A stretch of DNA of 64,000 bases from Psilocybe cubensis (taxonomy: Eukaryota): assembly GCA_017499595.2 (NCBI GenBank), contig CM038999.1, positions 2,108,001-2,172,000 of the forward strand, in the 5' to 3' direction. The position numbers and the translations under genes are program-made. Of the stretch, positions 37,398 through 53,534 are shown one piece after another; within the stretch, counting starts at the first letter, position 1; every line of letters starts with the position of its first letter. Below the pieces are notes generated by a model. It was not told the origin of the DNA. It searched no databases and saw only the letters and a program-made list of their open reading frames with translations.

Positions 37398-37519
37398 GGT
37401 GAGGACGAGAAAGTGCCTCCAGATGGAGGATACGAGCTTGGACGACAGTGTTGTTCACTTGAAAGCCAATGAATGGGCTAAACGGCCTCTCAACAGGGTA
37501 GGGGGAAAACAATTCTTAA

Positions 37520-38869
37520 TTATGTAATATTTGACATATTAGCTAAGCGACGTGCATGCAAAGTCCGTGCCATGATCTCTTTGATACGCCACAAGTCAAG
37601 CCAGGGATAGTCTCCTGCGTCTATTCCGAGTGTGTCTCGGAAAAACCCCTCTGCTTCTTTCTGTATTGATTGTGATTGTGATTGTGATTGCGATGTGTCT
37701 GAATTTGGGGCCAGGATTAGTGCAGGCCCTGTATGATTCTTGGGCATTGGGACTGGCGATGCAGGGCGAGGAATTTTACGTGGGACGAGTGATCGCCGTT
37801 GTTGATTGTCGTCGTCGTATGGCGCAGGGCTTGCACGAGGCAGTGGTGTTGCTTCCCAAGCTGAAAAGGGAGTGGCGGAGCGCGAGCTGGGGATATTAAT
37901 ATCTTCAAACTCTACTTCTGTCTGTGCGTATTCCAGAGAAGGTGGTGCGATCGTCGGTGGTTCTATCGAATATAATTCAGATATCGATGAGATATGATTA
38001 GTTGGGCATGCTGCACCTTGATACATTGGATTTTTAGCCGTTTTCTGCATGATGCGAGTTGAGTGAGATGACATCACAAATGAGACGCGACTTGCCTGCC
38101 AAAAAGCGTGGTACGCGTCGATGGATGAGAATGAGGCTTTGCCGCGAGTGATGTCGACATGTATTTCGCTGTGTTTCGGTGGTGATGGTGGTGGAGGTGG
38201 AGAGAGGATGGGAACTCGCTCCTCTTTCCTGTTCTTTAGCACGTTTCTGGGCGCTAGGTTAGAGTAACTATGATGGTAAACAAGGGCGTACCCAGCACCG
38301 CCGTCTTTCTTCAAACCGTCGTTCCAGAGGCGAATGTCAGGGTGGTTGAGGATGGGTTCTGGAGAGCCAAAAGTGGCTTCGCCTGAACTGCCGAGATCTA
38401 CGAGAGAGGAACATTCGAGGACAAGAGTGGGTTCTGTGGTGAGGGTGCCACTGGTGGTGGGTATACGGGTTGAGATGGGCCTGAAGCGGGATATTCTGAA
38501 TATGGCGCCTTTATGCCTGGTGAGACGTTGGCCTGGACGGCTGGAAGAGATGTTAGGTGACTAGGAGGGTGGTTATTTGGAACTTACGCAGCACAATAGT
38601 CTGCGACGGCGTCTTTGGTAAACTTTACGGGTATGATGTATTGTTTATCGGATATCTCTGCCCATATGAGGGTATCTTGGTTGTCGGAACCGTATGTGAG
38701 AAACTGGGAACGAGTCAGAAGGGGGGAAATGGGTGGTGTTTATGTATACCTGTATGAGCTGAACTTTTTTGTTCTTTGGGTATAGAGGGATGTTTGAAAA
38801 GTTTGCGCCGTATGATTCAGCAATAGAGATAATATAGTCGCGTATCCAGGGCAAAAGGGCGTCTGACAT
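37520..38869 (-). CDS. TPP1/Est3-like telomere OB-fold protein
   Basis: Spliced LLPWIRDY..KVQLIQ|FLTY..IWAEISDKQYIIPVKFTKDAVADY..RLTRHKGAIFRI..LVLEC..GSSGEATFGSP fits the TPP1/Est3 OB pattern; disordered tail follows. Confidence 0.7.
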
Positions 38870-38977
38870 GGTGGTGGGATGACAAAGAAATGTTACATAA
38901 ATTTGTTCCTAAGGACAATTGCAGGTTTGCTCAAGACCACGAGTGTATTTAACTAATTATTTACAGAAGAAAAGCTA

Positions 38978-39762
38978 TCAAGAAGAGGGATCGACGGGAT
39001 CGTTCTTTGGTTCTGGGGCGGGATCAGCAGGCTTTGGGTCGTCTGAGGGGGGCTGGGATGAGGTTGGGTTGGTGTTTTGGGTGGTCGGGGCGATGTTGGA
39101 GGGCATGATCTGGCCCTGCTGAGCGAGTGCAGCACGAAGAGCATTGTTTTCTACACGGAGCTGGTCTACGAGGGCGCGACACTCTTCCCAACGGCGGTTT
39201 GCTTCGTCTGCAGAAGCGAGGGCGGCATCGAGGAGCTGGGAGCGGGCCTCGAGAGCCTTGACATGTCTGAGAAACAAGAGATGAGATGGATGGGATACAT
39301 GGAAGGAATGGGGTGGACTCACTGGTCTCTACGCTCGCGAAAGGCGCGCTGAGCCTTTCTGTTCTGCTCTGCGCGCTTTGTGGAGCTGAGAGCGCGGGTG
39401 GAGGAGGATGGCGGGGGCGACTGGGACTGGTGCTGCTGCTGTTGTTGCTGCTGTTGAGGCATTGGGATGCCTGGAGGCATACCGCCTGGGGTGTAGTCTG
39501 CGGGTGCATAGGAGTAGCCTGGGGGCAGTGGTGGTGCCATGGGGTGCATGAGTGCGTGTGGGGGCGGCAGCGGGTGGATCTGGGGTGGTTGTGGTTGTTG
39601 TTGCTGCTGGGTGGATGGCTGAGGCTGTGGTTGTGGTTGAGAGTCTGCTGGAGGAGACTTGCGCTTCTTTGTCTGCCTTGTTATGGGGGGCGGGTCATCT
39701 CGCAGACGCATGGACTGAATGTTGCTCGCAGCATCAGGGGACGGATTGGTGAAGGATAGCAT
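38978..39762 (-). CDS. bZIP transcription factor (Yap/PAP1-type basic region)
   Basis: KRAEQNRKAQRAFRERRDQ|HVKALEARSQLL..LVDQLRVENNALRAAL; P/Q-rich N-terminus. Confidence 0.92.
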
Positions 39763-39883
39763 TGTATTAGTCAGAGTCCCTCTATCTAACTCTTCCTCAA
39801 CAAAACCAACTTGTCACACTCATCACGTGCTGTCACACAAGACACGCCCCCCTTTGCCCGCGTTTGCTCTTTGGACAACTGCG

Positions 39884-41116
39884 ATGGCGCCAAAGCCGTC
39901 TCTGCGCCACCGCCTGTTTGCCCCAAAGACTGACCCTTTTTACAAAAGAAAGCCGTCCTTTCTTTCAAGAGTCGTCACCCGCGTCGTTCCCTGCGTAAAC
40001 ACAACTGACTCTCCCACCGCCCCCGCTTTTGTCCTCCCAGACCTGGACATCTCCCCGCCTCTCGCTGCTGGCTTTGCTCTTCCCCCACAGCCCTCAAATC
40101 CTCCTTCGCCTACCGACTCGGACGTCGTCGTACCACCACCCGTCAGCGCTTCTCTCCTTCCAGACGACGAGACAGATGGCATGACCTCGGGCGCCGTTCA
40201 GCCTCCAGGCTCTCTCGGCACTCCTCTCACCCACGACTCTTCAGACGACTCGGATCGCACAACCATCGACGACGACATTCACCATGTCTTTGACGACCAC
40301 GACGACGAGCTGCGTCTCATCAAGGCTGGCGGTTCTGGTATCCCCATTGGCCCTGTTCGTCCTTTTCTTTTTCTCTCATTTTGCCATTTTTCTCATTTCA
40401 CCTCCAGGATGGCGTCCCAAAGCCTCTTCTGCCACCCATCGCTCCGGAGCATGTAGGCAGAAAGTGTCTCGTCCTCGATCTCGACGAAACTCTTGTACAC
40501 AGCAGCTTCAAGGTCCGTCTCTCCATCCAGTATCCTCTCTCAATCCCTCATCATCAATCCAGGCCGTCGCACAAGCAGATTTCATCGTCCCTGTAGAAAT
40601 CGAGTATCATTGGCATCATTTCCATGTCCTCAAACGTCCTGGTGTAGACGATTTCCTCAAGCAAATGGGCCAGATTTACGAAATCGTCGTATTCACCGCC
40701 AGTCTCAGCAAGGTCTGTCTCCATCTCCTCCTTCTTCTCTCTCCTCTCACCTTCAAAAGTATGCCGACCCTGTCCTCGACAAGCTCGACATACACCGCGT
40801 AGTCGCTCATAGACTCTTCCGCGAGAGTTGCTACAACCATAAAGGCAACTATGTAAAGGCAAGTCTTCCTTCATTCCCTCCCCTCTCATCATCTTGACTC
40901 TTGCCTCAGGATCTCTCTCAGCTTGGTAGACCCATCGCTGATACCATCATTCTCGACAATTCTCCTGCTTCCTACATCTTTCATCCAAACAACGCTGTCC
41001 CAGTCTCTTCCTGGTTCAACGATCCACATGATGCTGAACTCACTGACCTTATACCCTTCCTCGCTGACCTCACAGCAGTACCAGATGTTCGTGGAATATT
41101 GGACGCTGCCCGATAA
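39884..41116 (+). CDS. PSR1: NIF/FCP1-SCP family phosphatase, Psr1/Psr2-like (copy B)
   Basis: Same [24 protein letters not shown] and IILDNSP motifs and the same four intron positions as copy A. Confidence 0.92.
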
Positions 41117-41381
41117 TATTTCTTACTGCCTCGCTCGGCCTTTTAAACGACACCTATCCCGTGTCACCCGCCCTACCGGCACTCTTGTAAACTAAGGGCT
41201 CCACATACTATCATTATACCCTCTGCAGGCCCTATACCTTCCGTTCTAGTCATGGGATGGATTGCGATCGTTGTAGTATTTTTCACCCTCATTACTACCA
41301 CATCTGTATTAGACGTCGTTTTTCTATAGCTGTCGTCCAATTTTATCAGACTTTAAACCAATAATTGGTATAGGACAAACC

Positions 41382-41720
41382 TTAATGCGACAGATACTTT
41401 CTGCCCTTGGCCATTCGCCGACTAAGCACCTTGCGACCTCCAACACTGCGTTTACGCGCAAGGAACCCGTGTTTGCGTTTGCGTTTTCGTTGAGAAGGTT
41501 GGTATTCTGTTCCACGCGCGATACCACGAACTGGCAGCTGGTAGAGTGGGTTGGCAAATGGTGGCTGCAACCGTGTCGTCAGCGACGGTCGCAGAATAGC
41601 AGGCAGTGCAGTCGTGGCCAGCACTGGCCGTGTCAGCTGTTTGACGGCGTCGAGAATAGGCAGACGCGGCGGCGGTCGTCTAAAGAGGGCACCGAGCAGC
41701 GAGGGAGGTACGCGGGGCAT
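41382..41720 (-). CDS. MRPL34: Mitochondrial ribosomal protein bL34m
   Basis: Presequence followed by [44 protein letters not shown]. Confidence 0.95.
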   Translation of the reverse strand: MPRVPPSLLGALFRRPPPRLPILDAVKQLTRPVLATTALPAILRPSLTTRLQPPFANPLYQLPVRGIARGTEYQPSQRKRKRKHGFLARKRSVGGRKVLSRRMAKGRKYLSH

Positions 41721-41788
41721 ATTGGACGTTCGGAATAAACTTGAAAATACAAAGTAGCGCAACAATGTGACCAAGTGTGACGGGGGTG

Positions 41789-45425
<3,637 letters not shown>

Positions 45426-45741
45426 GCCAACGCTTCCTTTTCCCCCTTTTCTCTCTTGTTCGTTAGTTTTCTAGACATATATTGCGTTGAATCTCGAATG
45501 TTAATGGGTAATAATGACATTGTCCTTTATATAAAGATAAACAGCTTGAAAGTATTCCGTGTAAATTACGAATTTATTTAAATTGATATAAAAACCTATG
45601 TCCTATGTAAAAAAAAACAATATTCAAGATAAGCAGGAGAGGGTGTATCGCAAGGTGTCGCTGGATAAATCATAAATCGGGGTAATAAAATGAAGAAGAA
45701 GATAAAATAATAAGTTAGATCTAAATGTCTTGTCGGAAAAG

Positions 45742-48048
45742 TCACTCGGGAACTGAGTCGCCGACGTTCTGGTTCTGCTCCCAGAGTCGAGGTTTCGCTG
45801 AGATAGTGATGTCCGCAAACGGCTTGGGCTGTGAAAGTTTGACACAGTCTCGTGTACCGAGAACCAACAACTCGAAGAAGAACGACGCAGCCGCTCGCTT
45901 GGATGCCTGAAAAAAAAAGAAGACTGAGTAACAAGATTTTTAGAGGCTTCCATAAAAATACCTTGTTGGACATTTGCTTGAAACTCATGGTCTTGGAAGC
46001 ATCATCTTCCTCTTCGGGTTGCAACTCTTTTCTAATCAATCCCAAAGCCTTGACAGTGTTCTTACTGTAGCCTTGCCTATCTGTCACTTCCACAACCTCG
46101 GGCTGTTCTTGCTCAGCCTCCGGCAGCTGACTTTGAGAAGGTTGAGTTGCATCAAATATCGAAACGGGGCAGTCCACATCAACATGGGTGGGATTTATAT
46201 CATCTAGACCTTCAGGTGCGACAGAAGAAAGACGACTTCTTTCGGAAAACACAGACTTGGCGCGCTCTTGATCAAGCTCTTGACCGATTTCCGGGAAATC
46301 GAGTTGATAATCTTCTGGAGCACCGGATTGGTCTGCAAACTCGAACCCAGCATCAATATCGAGAGCGGAATTATCGATCTGAATGGTTTCCTCTTCAGGC
46401 GCAACGCTCCCGACACGACGTGGCATTTCGACATCTTCCCGTCGGGCTTTCTTACTGGGACTTTCCTGCGGTGACGCTTTGCGTTTGTGTGTGGAGTTGT
46501 ATACAGGCCGAATGAATAGATCTGCTAGCTCTGGAGTGAGACCGGGAGGTGCACCAGATAAAAAGGTGCCTTGAGCCTTGATATGAGTCGGCAAGAAGTA
46601 GGAAACAGGGTCATCACGGATCTCCAGTAATCTCATGACAATGGAGGACCTTGGTAAGAAGTGATGGGTGGAAGTGATGCTGGTCGTGTCAGTATTCAAA
46701 GGGTTAGTGTTTCCTCCCGCACGACCACGATTACTTGCACCCTGACTATTCTGCAATTCCGTAACAGAATCGATGATTTGCCTCTTGTCCTTGATTTTCC
46801 TTTTAGGTTTGTCTGTGGTGGATTCATTGACGACATTTTCGGCGTTGTCTACAATTTCCGCATCATCCAAGCCTTCAAATGGAGGAGGCGTTGGAGGGAC
46901 CTCGGTCAAAGGTGAAGCTATAAAAATAAATACAGGACACGATAGTTGAAAATTGATACAACTTACAAGCGCGAGAAAGAGATCTCGTTTCACTAGGAGT
47001 CCGACCATTGATATCTGCAGGCGGAGGGTCGTCGAATCCGATCCCAAGGTCCCCGAGATCGAGGTCGGGGAGATCAATGTCCATACCACCAAACGGTTGC
47101 ACCGAGACGTCTCTACTTTTGCTCCTGTGGGACATGCGGTCTAAATCTGCATTAAAGTCGTTTCCTCCAAATAGATCGAGTTCCTCTTCATGATGCTGAA
47201 TGTCACGTCCGACACCGATACTTCCTTGAATGCTCATAGCATCTGATTTGTCATTTTGCTGTTCGTCTCCCCAATGAATCCCCAAATCGACATCGTTAAA
47301 ATCTTGGGAGCCAATGCCATCAGATGGCCCTATATCGAAAGGATCGTTCATTCCAAACTCAAAGTCGTCTGCGGTGCGGAGTGTGATGTCGTCAACATGT
47401 GCTTGGTGGTGCCCTTGTCGTTGAAGCGGTCGATCCTCAAAGTCCATGTCCCTATTGGGACTTCAGAAGAGAAAAAGACGTAGAAATACGGAGAAGCATA
47501 CCAATCAACATCAGGTAAAAGCAAATCGAGCCCTAGACCGTTTGTTTGTAGAGTTATGGCGGTCTTGTTAACCGTGAGTTGGTCCTCAGTAAGATCAACA
47601 ACCCCTGGACGAAATGCCTGAAGCGTTTTGATAAATGGTAAGATTAAGGGACACGTTAAAAATCTAATACCATCTTGATCTTGAGCAATGCTTCATTGCA
47701 ATCGTCCAACAGATATTTGGCTTTGCGGCTGTATATTCTCACCACGCCCAAAAGAAGTTGGCCGCTGAGTCTGATAGCCATCTTTTCGATTTCTTGGGCC
47801 ATAATTGCGTCTTTAAATGTTTAGGTCAGGTCGGACTGAAAGAAACCTGTTGTAGATCGAGCACTTACCAACTGACTGCTCAATGTCTGTCTGTAGTGTT
47901 TGGCTCTTGGAAAGCTTGCGCTCCATGTGAGCAGCGAGCCATACTTTGGCAAGAGGACCGCGACGGGCGAGAATGGCCTCTGAATAAAACTTGTATTTGA
48001 AAGTAAGGGATTATGCAGCTCGAGAAGGGAAAGTGGACGACGTACCAT
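45742..48048 (-). CDS. RAD21: Cohesin kleisin subunit Rad21/Scc1
   Basis: [56 protein letters not shown]-terminal [13 protein letters not shown] winged helix. Confidence 0.93.
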
Positions 48049-48154
48049 GGTGGTTGGAGAACAAGAAACGCGACTCGGAAAGCCACCGGCACGAACATTG
48101 TTCAACACGCGTTATGTAAGCAATCGTCCTTTTCTCCTCTACTCCGACATTCCA

Positions 48155-49844
48155 ATGCTTTCCGTCCTCAGGACTTTAAGAAAAAAGCCGCACGTCATTC
48201 TTCGGTCAATACATGGTTTGTCTTTTCTTTTTCAGCAACTCCTCTGAGTCTTACAGCAAACTCTGTGTAGCCTCCTCTATCCGCCATGCAGAGCCATCTC
48301 ATACTGAATTCACCATGCAGATTATGGCTGCCGCCAACCAAAATCGCTTTTCGGCGTGCCTTGAAGCAGCCGCTAAAATGAAAGCTGCAGGACTCAGGCC
48401 AGACGCTTCCATTTACAACGCGTTAATGGGTCTTGCTGCCCGGTCCGATTCGTGGTTGTTTTCTTGGGCTATTGTGGACGATATGATGAAACTAGGGATT
48501 GAACCGACAGCGACCACATTTGCGCATCTTATATATGTAATCCAACTTTTCTTCCCAGTTAAGGACCAACTATCTCATCCTCAATATACCAGGCTCAGCG
48601 CAACCGACCATATACCAATCTATGGAACGCATACGACTTACTGAATCAATTGGGTATTCAACTCACGCCGCCGGTCTACACGTCGATTATAGAAACCTAT
48701 GCTGCCGAGTCTAATGTTGAAATGATGCTGCGGGTCTTTTTTGCCATGAAGGAAAGGGGCCTAATCCCAGAATTAGCGGCTGCCCAAACCTTGGTTAGCA
48801 CGCTGGCAACTACTGGTCACTCTCGACTAGCCATTGAGGTGGCAAATTACTTTGAAGAAGCCTCAACCCGTCAACTTGAACCAAAAGTGTGGCTTGAGTG
48901 TCTGACATCGTCGGTCGACAAGTTATATGTATGTTTTCTTCGGATTGGTTTCTTCAGTTCCACTCACTTTTGGATCAAAGGAAGATGGGGTCTTGACCTG
49001 TTGGCCGCGGGTTGTTGACGAATTGAACGTGTTGCCACCAGAAGGCGTCTGCGTGGGAGCTCTCAACACAGCGGCCCGCGCTGGTTTGCCAGAACTGGCG
49101 ACAGATGTCCTTCGCGTTCTGAAGCTTGCTGAGATCGAATGGCAAGAGTACCATTTTGCGGCGTTGATCGAGGCATTCTGTCGTAATAACCAACTAAAAG
49201 AGGCCCTCATTACCCTTTCAATTATGCGGCAGAATGACATCGAGCCATTGGAAAGCACAACATCATTCATCTACGACATTGTCAAACAAGACGTTGACAG
49301 CCTCGACCTTGCATGGGGCTTGGTCGACGAAATCAAAGAATCAGGCAGTGGACTGGATATCGAAGCGCTGAAAGTCGTTTTGAAAGCGGCTGTCTTCCTG
49401 GGCGACTTACAGCGGGCAGTCGGTATATACAAAGCTATCCCCAACTATAACCTAACACCAGATCTGGCGATTTTCAACCTCCTTTTCCAGGGTTGCATAA
49501 CAGCACAACATCGTCAACTTGGGGATCTCCTTCTTGCGGACATGAAAGCCGCCAAAATCGAGCCTAATAAGGAGACGTTCGAGAAATTAATTTATCTCGC
49601 ACTCACCCAAGAAACATATGAAGACGCCTTCTTCTACCTGGAAGAAATGAAAGCCGCCAAACATTTGCCTCCTCGGAAGATATACATAGCGTTGGGAGAT
49701 AAGTGTACCGAAGCTCAAGATCCCCGTGCTGATATGGTATGGCAGGAGCTACGGGAGTGTGGGTATAGACTAGATGATCCTCGTGTTAGACTTGCCGCAA
49801 GGGGGGTATCAGAAAAACGGAAAACCAGTGAATTCAGTTCATGA
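48155..49844 (+). CDS. Mitochondrial pentatricopeptide-repeat (PPR) protein
   Basis: Presequence; repeats PDASIYNALM, PTATTFAHLI, YHFAALIEAFCR, PDLAIFNLLF, PNKETFEKLI. Confidence 0.88.
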
Positions 49845-50083
49845 GTTCCTCAGTAGACCTGATATTTCAGTACATGTACATACTTTAAAATAATTAATAC
49901 CTATGAAAATTGATAAATCACAAGCTTCGCGATAATCGCGCTACAGTCGCGTCATCTTATGACTGACCAACCACAAATCTTAGCAGCCATTCGACATAGC
50001 CTGGGCATTTAAATATGACGTGCTGGTCTTTACTTCTCTGTGCATTCTACAGACATTGAGGGAAAGCATTGCTCTTGTCCCCT

Positions 50084-50929
50084 ATGGCCACTAACATCTC
50101 TTTTCACCCTGGTTTGTTTAGTTACTTGACTATAATGCAATATCCTTCGTTAACCTTCTCTTGATTCAGGTTCTGTGACTGGCGAAGAACGTAAAGAGTT
50201 ACTCGGGCAAAAAGGTGCAACAGTCTGGTTGACAGGTCTTAGCGCTAGCGGAAAGGTAAGAGAATAACTGCTTGCTGTTAGCTGTTAGTTAAATGACACT
50301 GACAACCTGAGCTAGTCAACGATTGCGTGTGCCCTTGAGCAGCATCTGCTACACTCCAAGAAGTTTACATATCGCCTCGATGGTGATAACGTGAGATTTG
50401 GACTGAACAAAGACCTCGGTTTTGACGAAAAATCTCGCAATGAGAACATAAGGAGGATAGGAGAGGTATATCCTCATTCATGTTTTTCATACACCGACTC
50501 GCCCACTAATACTGATTAATTTCTTCTGACAGGTTTCCAAATTGTTCACAGATGCAGGGTGCATCACAGTCACAGCCTTCATTTCTCCCTACCGAGCCGA
50601 TAGAGATTTGGCTAGAGATCTTCACAAACAATCATCTTTGCCTTTCATCGAGGTTTTTGTTGACGCACCGCTAGAAGTAGTGGAAGCTAGAGATCCTAAA
50701 GGACTATACAAGAAAGCACGAGCTGGTGAAATCAAAGGTACATGTCTGCGGCTTTAAAATGAATGGCTATCTGAAAGATTGTCTCTACACAGAATTCACC
50801 GGAATATCAGCACCATACGAAGCTCCTTCCTCTCCAGAAATCCATATAAAAACCGACCAAGTCAGTGTTGCCAATGCTGTTCAGATAATTACCGACTACT
50901 TGGTCGCCAACAACTACATCCTACCTTAA
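50084..50929 (+). CDS. MET14: Adenylyl-sulfate (APS) kinase
   Basis: [21 protein letters not shown]-loop, [39 protein letters not shown]. Confidence 0.97.
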
Positions 50930-50981
50930 AGTTATTTATTCTTGTTTTACGAACAATACAATCTTAGTAACAAAACAACTT

Positions 50982-53465
50982 TTATGATATGTTATCATTC
51001 ACCTCCGTTTGCCAGCTGTCGGGGATGGGTGATTCTGCACCAAAATCACCGTCGCTTTCTTCTTCGATTGCATTATCCAACATGTTGTTTAGTCCAGATT
51101 CAACAGTTGCTAACCAATGTGCAAGAGACTTTAACGTTCGATCAAGTTCAACAGTTTGGGAATTCCCCAGAATCAGGTTAGAATAGTCCAAGGGGCGCGT
51201 GATATAGACATCTGGATTCGAGGCGGAGATGTTTAGTCTTCTGTGTGGATGTAATCGTGTTCCATTTGTCAGTTTGATGGACTGAGGAGCGATTGAATTT
51301 TCATGGTTATGAGAGTCTTCCGAGGACGATCTGAGGGCTGATGCAGGTACCAAATTTGAGATACCAGGTGGGAAGTAACGTGCACCATTTACTGCTGCAG
51401 ATGGAGAAGGTGGAAGGAGGTCCCCATGAATTCCAGCTGATAGAGAAGGAATCTAAGTCAAATACGATCAACGAAAACGTCAAAAGAACAACTGGAGGTT
51501 GTGAAATAACCTTGAGGACATCTTTCAAACCTGGTGCTCCTCGAACAAAAGATGGCGTATACGGAATGTTTTCGGCAGTTTTCTTGACATCGATAATAGG
51601 GACTGACCTGGCATCGAAATCAGGATGGGTCAGGGATAGTGGCGGGGGAGTGGTCGCAGATCGTGAACGCGAAATTGGAGGAGATAGATCGTGTCTGACT
51701 GGCCGTGACGACACATCCAGGGATAGCGCATTTTGGTGTGTAAGCATTGGGGTACCAGATGTTGAAGGAAATTGACGATCCGGTGACATAGGGAGTGGAT
51801 CATCGTGTTGAAAATCCAATCGGGATGGACGCGGAAACTGAAAAGAAGACGGTGATGCAAGGTCAATGTCACGACGTTTGGGGGCACCAAAACTCTCTGG
51901 TGGCGAATTATCACTTGATTGCAACGATGAATTGTCTTCTTTTGTTGGATTTCTTGTACGCGAGCTGATATCATGAGAAAAATCAAGAGCATAATCATCG
52001 TCAGACAATGGTTCGTTAGGGGGACTATCGTGGGGCTCAGGGGATGTATCAAATTTCGTAGAGGGATCCTGTATAGGACTATTGCTTGCATTGGGTGGCC
52101 TAAGTGCTCCATGATTTATGGTGACCGATAAAGTCGAAGGAAGTATTTGCTGTGCTTGAGTTTCGTCAATAATTCGCTCACCAGATAGAGAAGGTTGAGT
52201 AGGTATATCTAAAGAGTTATTGTTTTGACGTATGGCGTCGGATTGCGGGAAATCGTTATCATCGAAAAGGGAACGCAAAGAAGATGGAAAGTTTGTCGAG
52301 TTCTGTGCCCGAATGGTGGCCTGATTTGAAGGTTCAGGTGGCAAGTCATCGTGTTCGTCATTATATGCATTATTCACGCTAGTAAATGGGCCATGTCTAA
52401 TGGTGTCAAATTCCCAACTATTGTCATCACCGACAATGCTACAATTCATGATTTGAACCCTTCCGGGTAAAAGCAAAGCAATTGCCCTTACCTGTTTGTT
52501 TCGCCACTCTCCCAATCCAATGGTTCCGCCAAACTGGCGCGGGGCCCTGCTTGCTGGAGTCGGAAGACAAGATCCTTTAACAAAGCAACGGGGATTTTGG
52601 CAACTGACTTCATCCACTTTGTCCTCGAAAGTTCGTCTGGCGGGAGACGCTGTGTAACATTATAATGTAACTACTACTGATGCAAATAAAAGGTTGAAAT
52701 ACTCACCTCTACCGGAGACTCTTTTAGACAATAAGCCATGAAGTCGCGTAGGTCTTTACTTGCTTCTACTTCGGCAAGACGTGGTGGTTTAATTCTCGGA
52801 ATAAGGTCCATGACTTGGAACTTGTCCAGGTTGGAGTGGGGAGGCGTTCCCTTGATCATTTCGTATATCATAATTCCCAAGCTCCAAATGTCTGCTTTGG
52901 TATCGTATGCCGGAACTGTTTGCACCACCTCGGGGGCCATCCAATAAGGAGTCCCAGTCAGCGTATTGCGTTTGCTGGAAGTCGTTGCCAAAAGTGCAGA
53001 CACGCCAAAGTCACATAGCATAACCTTTCCTATATCAGTCACGAGTACGTTTGCAGCTTTCATGTCGCGATGGATAACGGGCACTTTGTGGAGATAACTC
53101 AGTGCTACAAGAACCTCCCTAATGATGACCGCGACATATTTCTCTTCGATACAACCGTCTTTGGAGGCTTTCATTAACGAAAGCACACTACCTCCCTGGG
53201 CAAGTTCCATGGCTATCCATACACGGGGACCATCTAGATAGCAACCGTAGTATTTCGTGATATTGGGGCAATCTCTTAATTGAGACAGGAGGGCGACTTC
53301 GCGCTGAATGTCGCCGACATCATCGTCCGAGGTATCGAGGTTGATAATTTTGAGAGCTACAACATTTCCTGAGGGTATATGCCTTCCTTTGTGAACAGAT
53401 CCGTAAGCACCCTTCCCGATTGTCTCTAGGCGTTCGAAGAGCTGGTGAACAGAGGGTTGGGACAT
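50982..53465 (-). CDS. KIC1: Ste20/GCK-family Ser/Thr kinase, Kic1/Nak1-like
   Basis: IGKGAYGSV, VALKIINLD..DDVGDIQREV, HRDMKAAN, DFG, GTPYWMAPEV; long disordered C-terminus. Confidence 0.88.
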
Positions 53466-53534
53466 TCAAGGTCAAAAGCAAGGTTAATGGGTCATGTGAC
53501 TTTGTGCCTTCTCATCTTATCAAAAACGACCTTT

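Noticed and set aside
37665..37690. GATTGT tandem repeat as a telomere-like or CRISPR-like array
   Set aside because: A short coding microsatellite (SQSQSQ) with no spacers; not TTAGGG.
50982..53465. Mating-type locus linkage via a STE20-family kinase
   Set aside because: The kinase is GCK-type (N-terminal kinase domain, no CRIB); no pheromone receptor, homeodomain or MIP genes are in the window.
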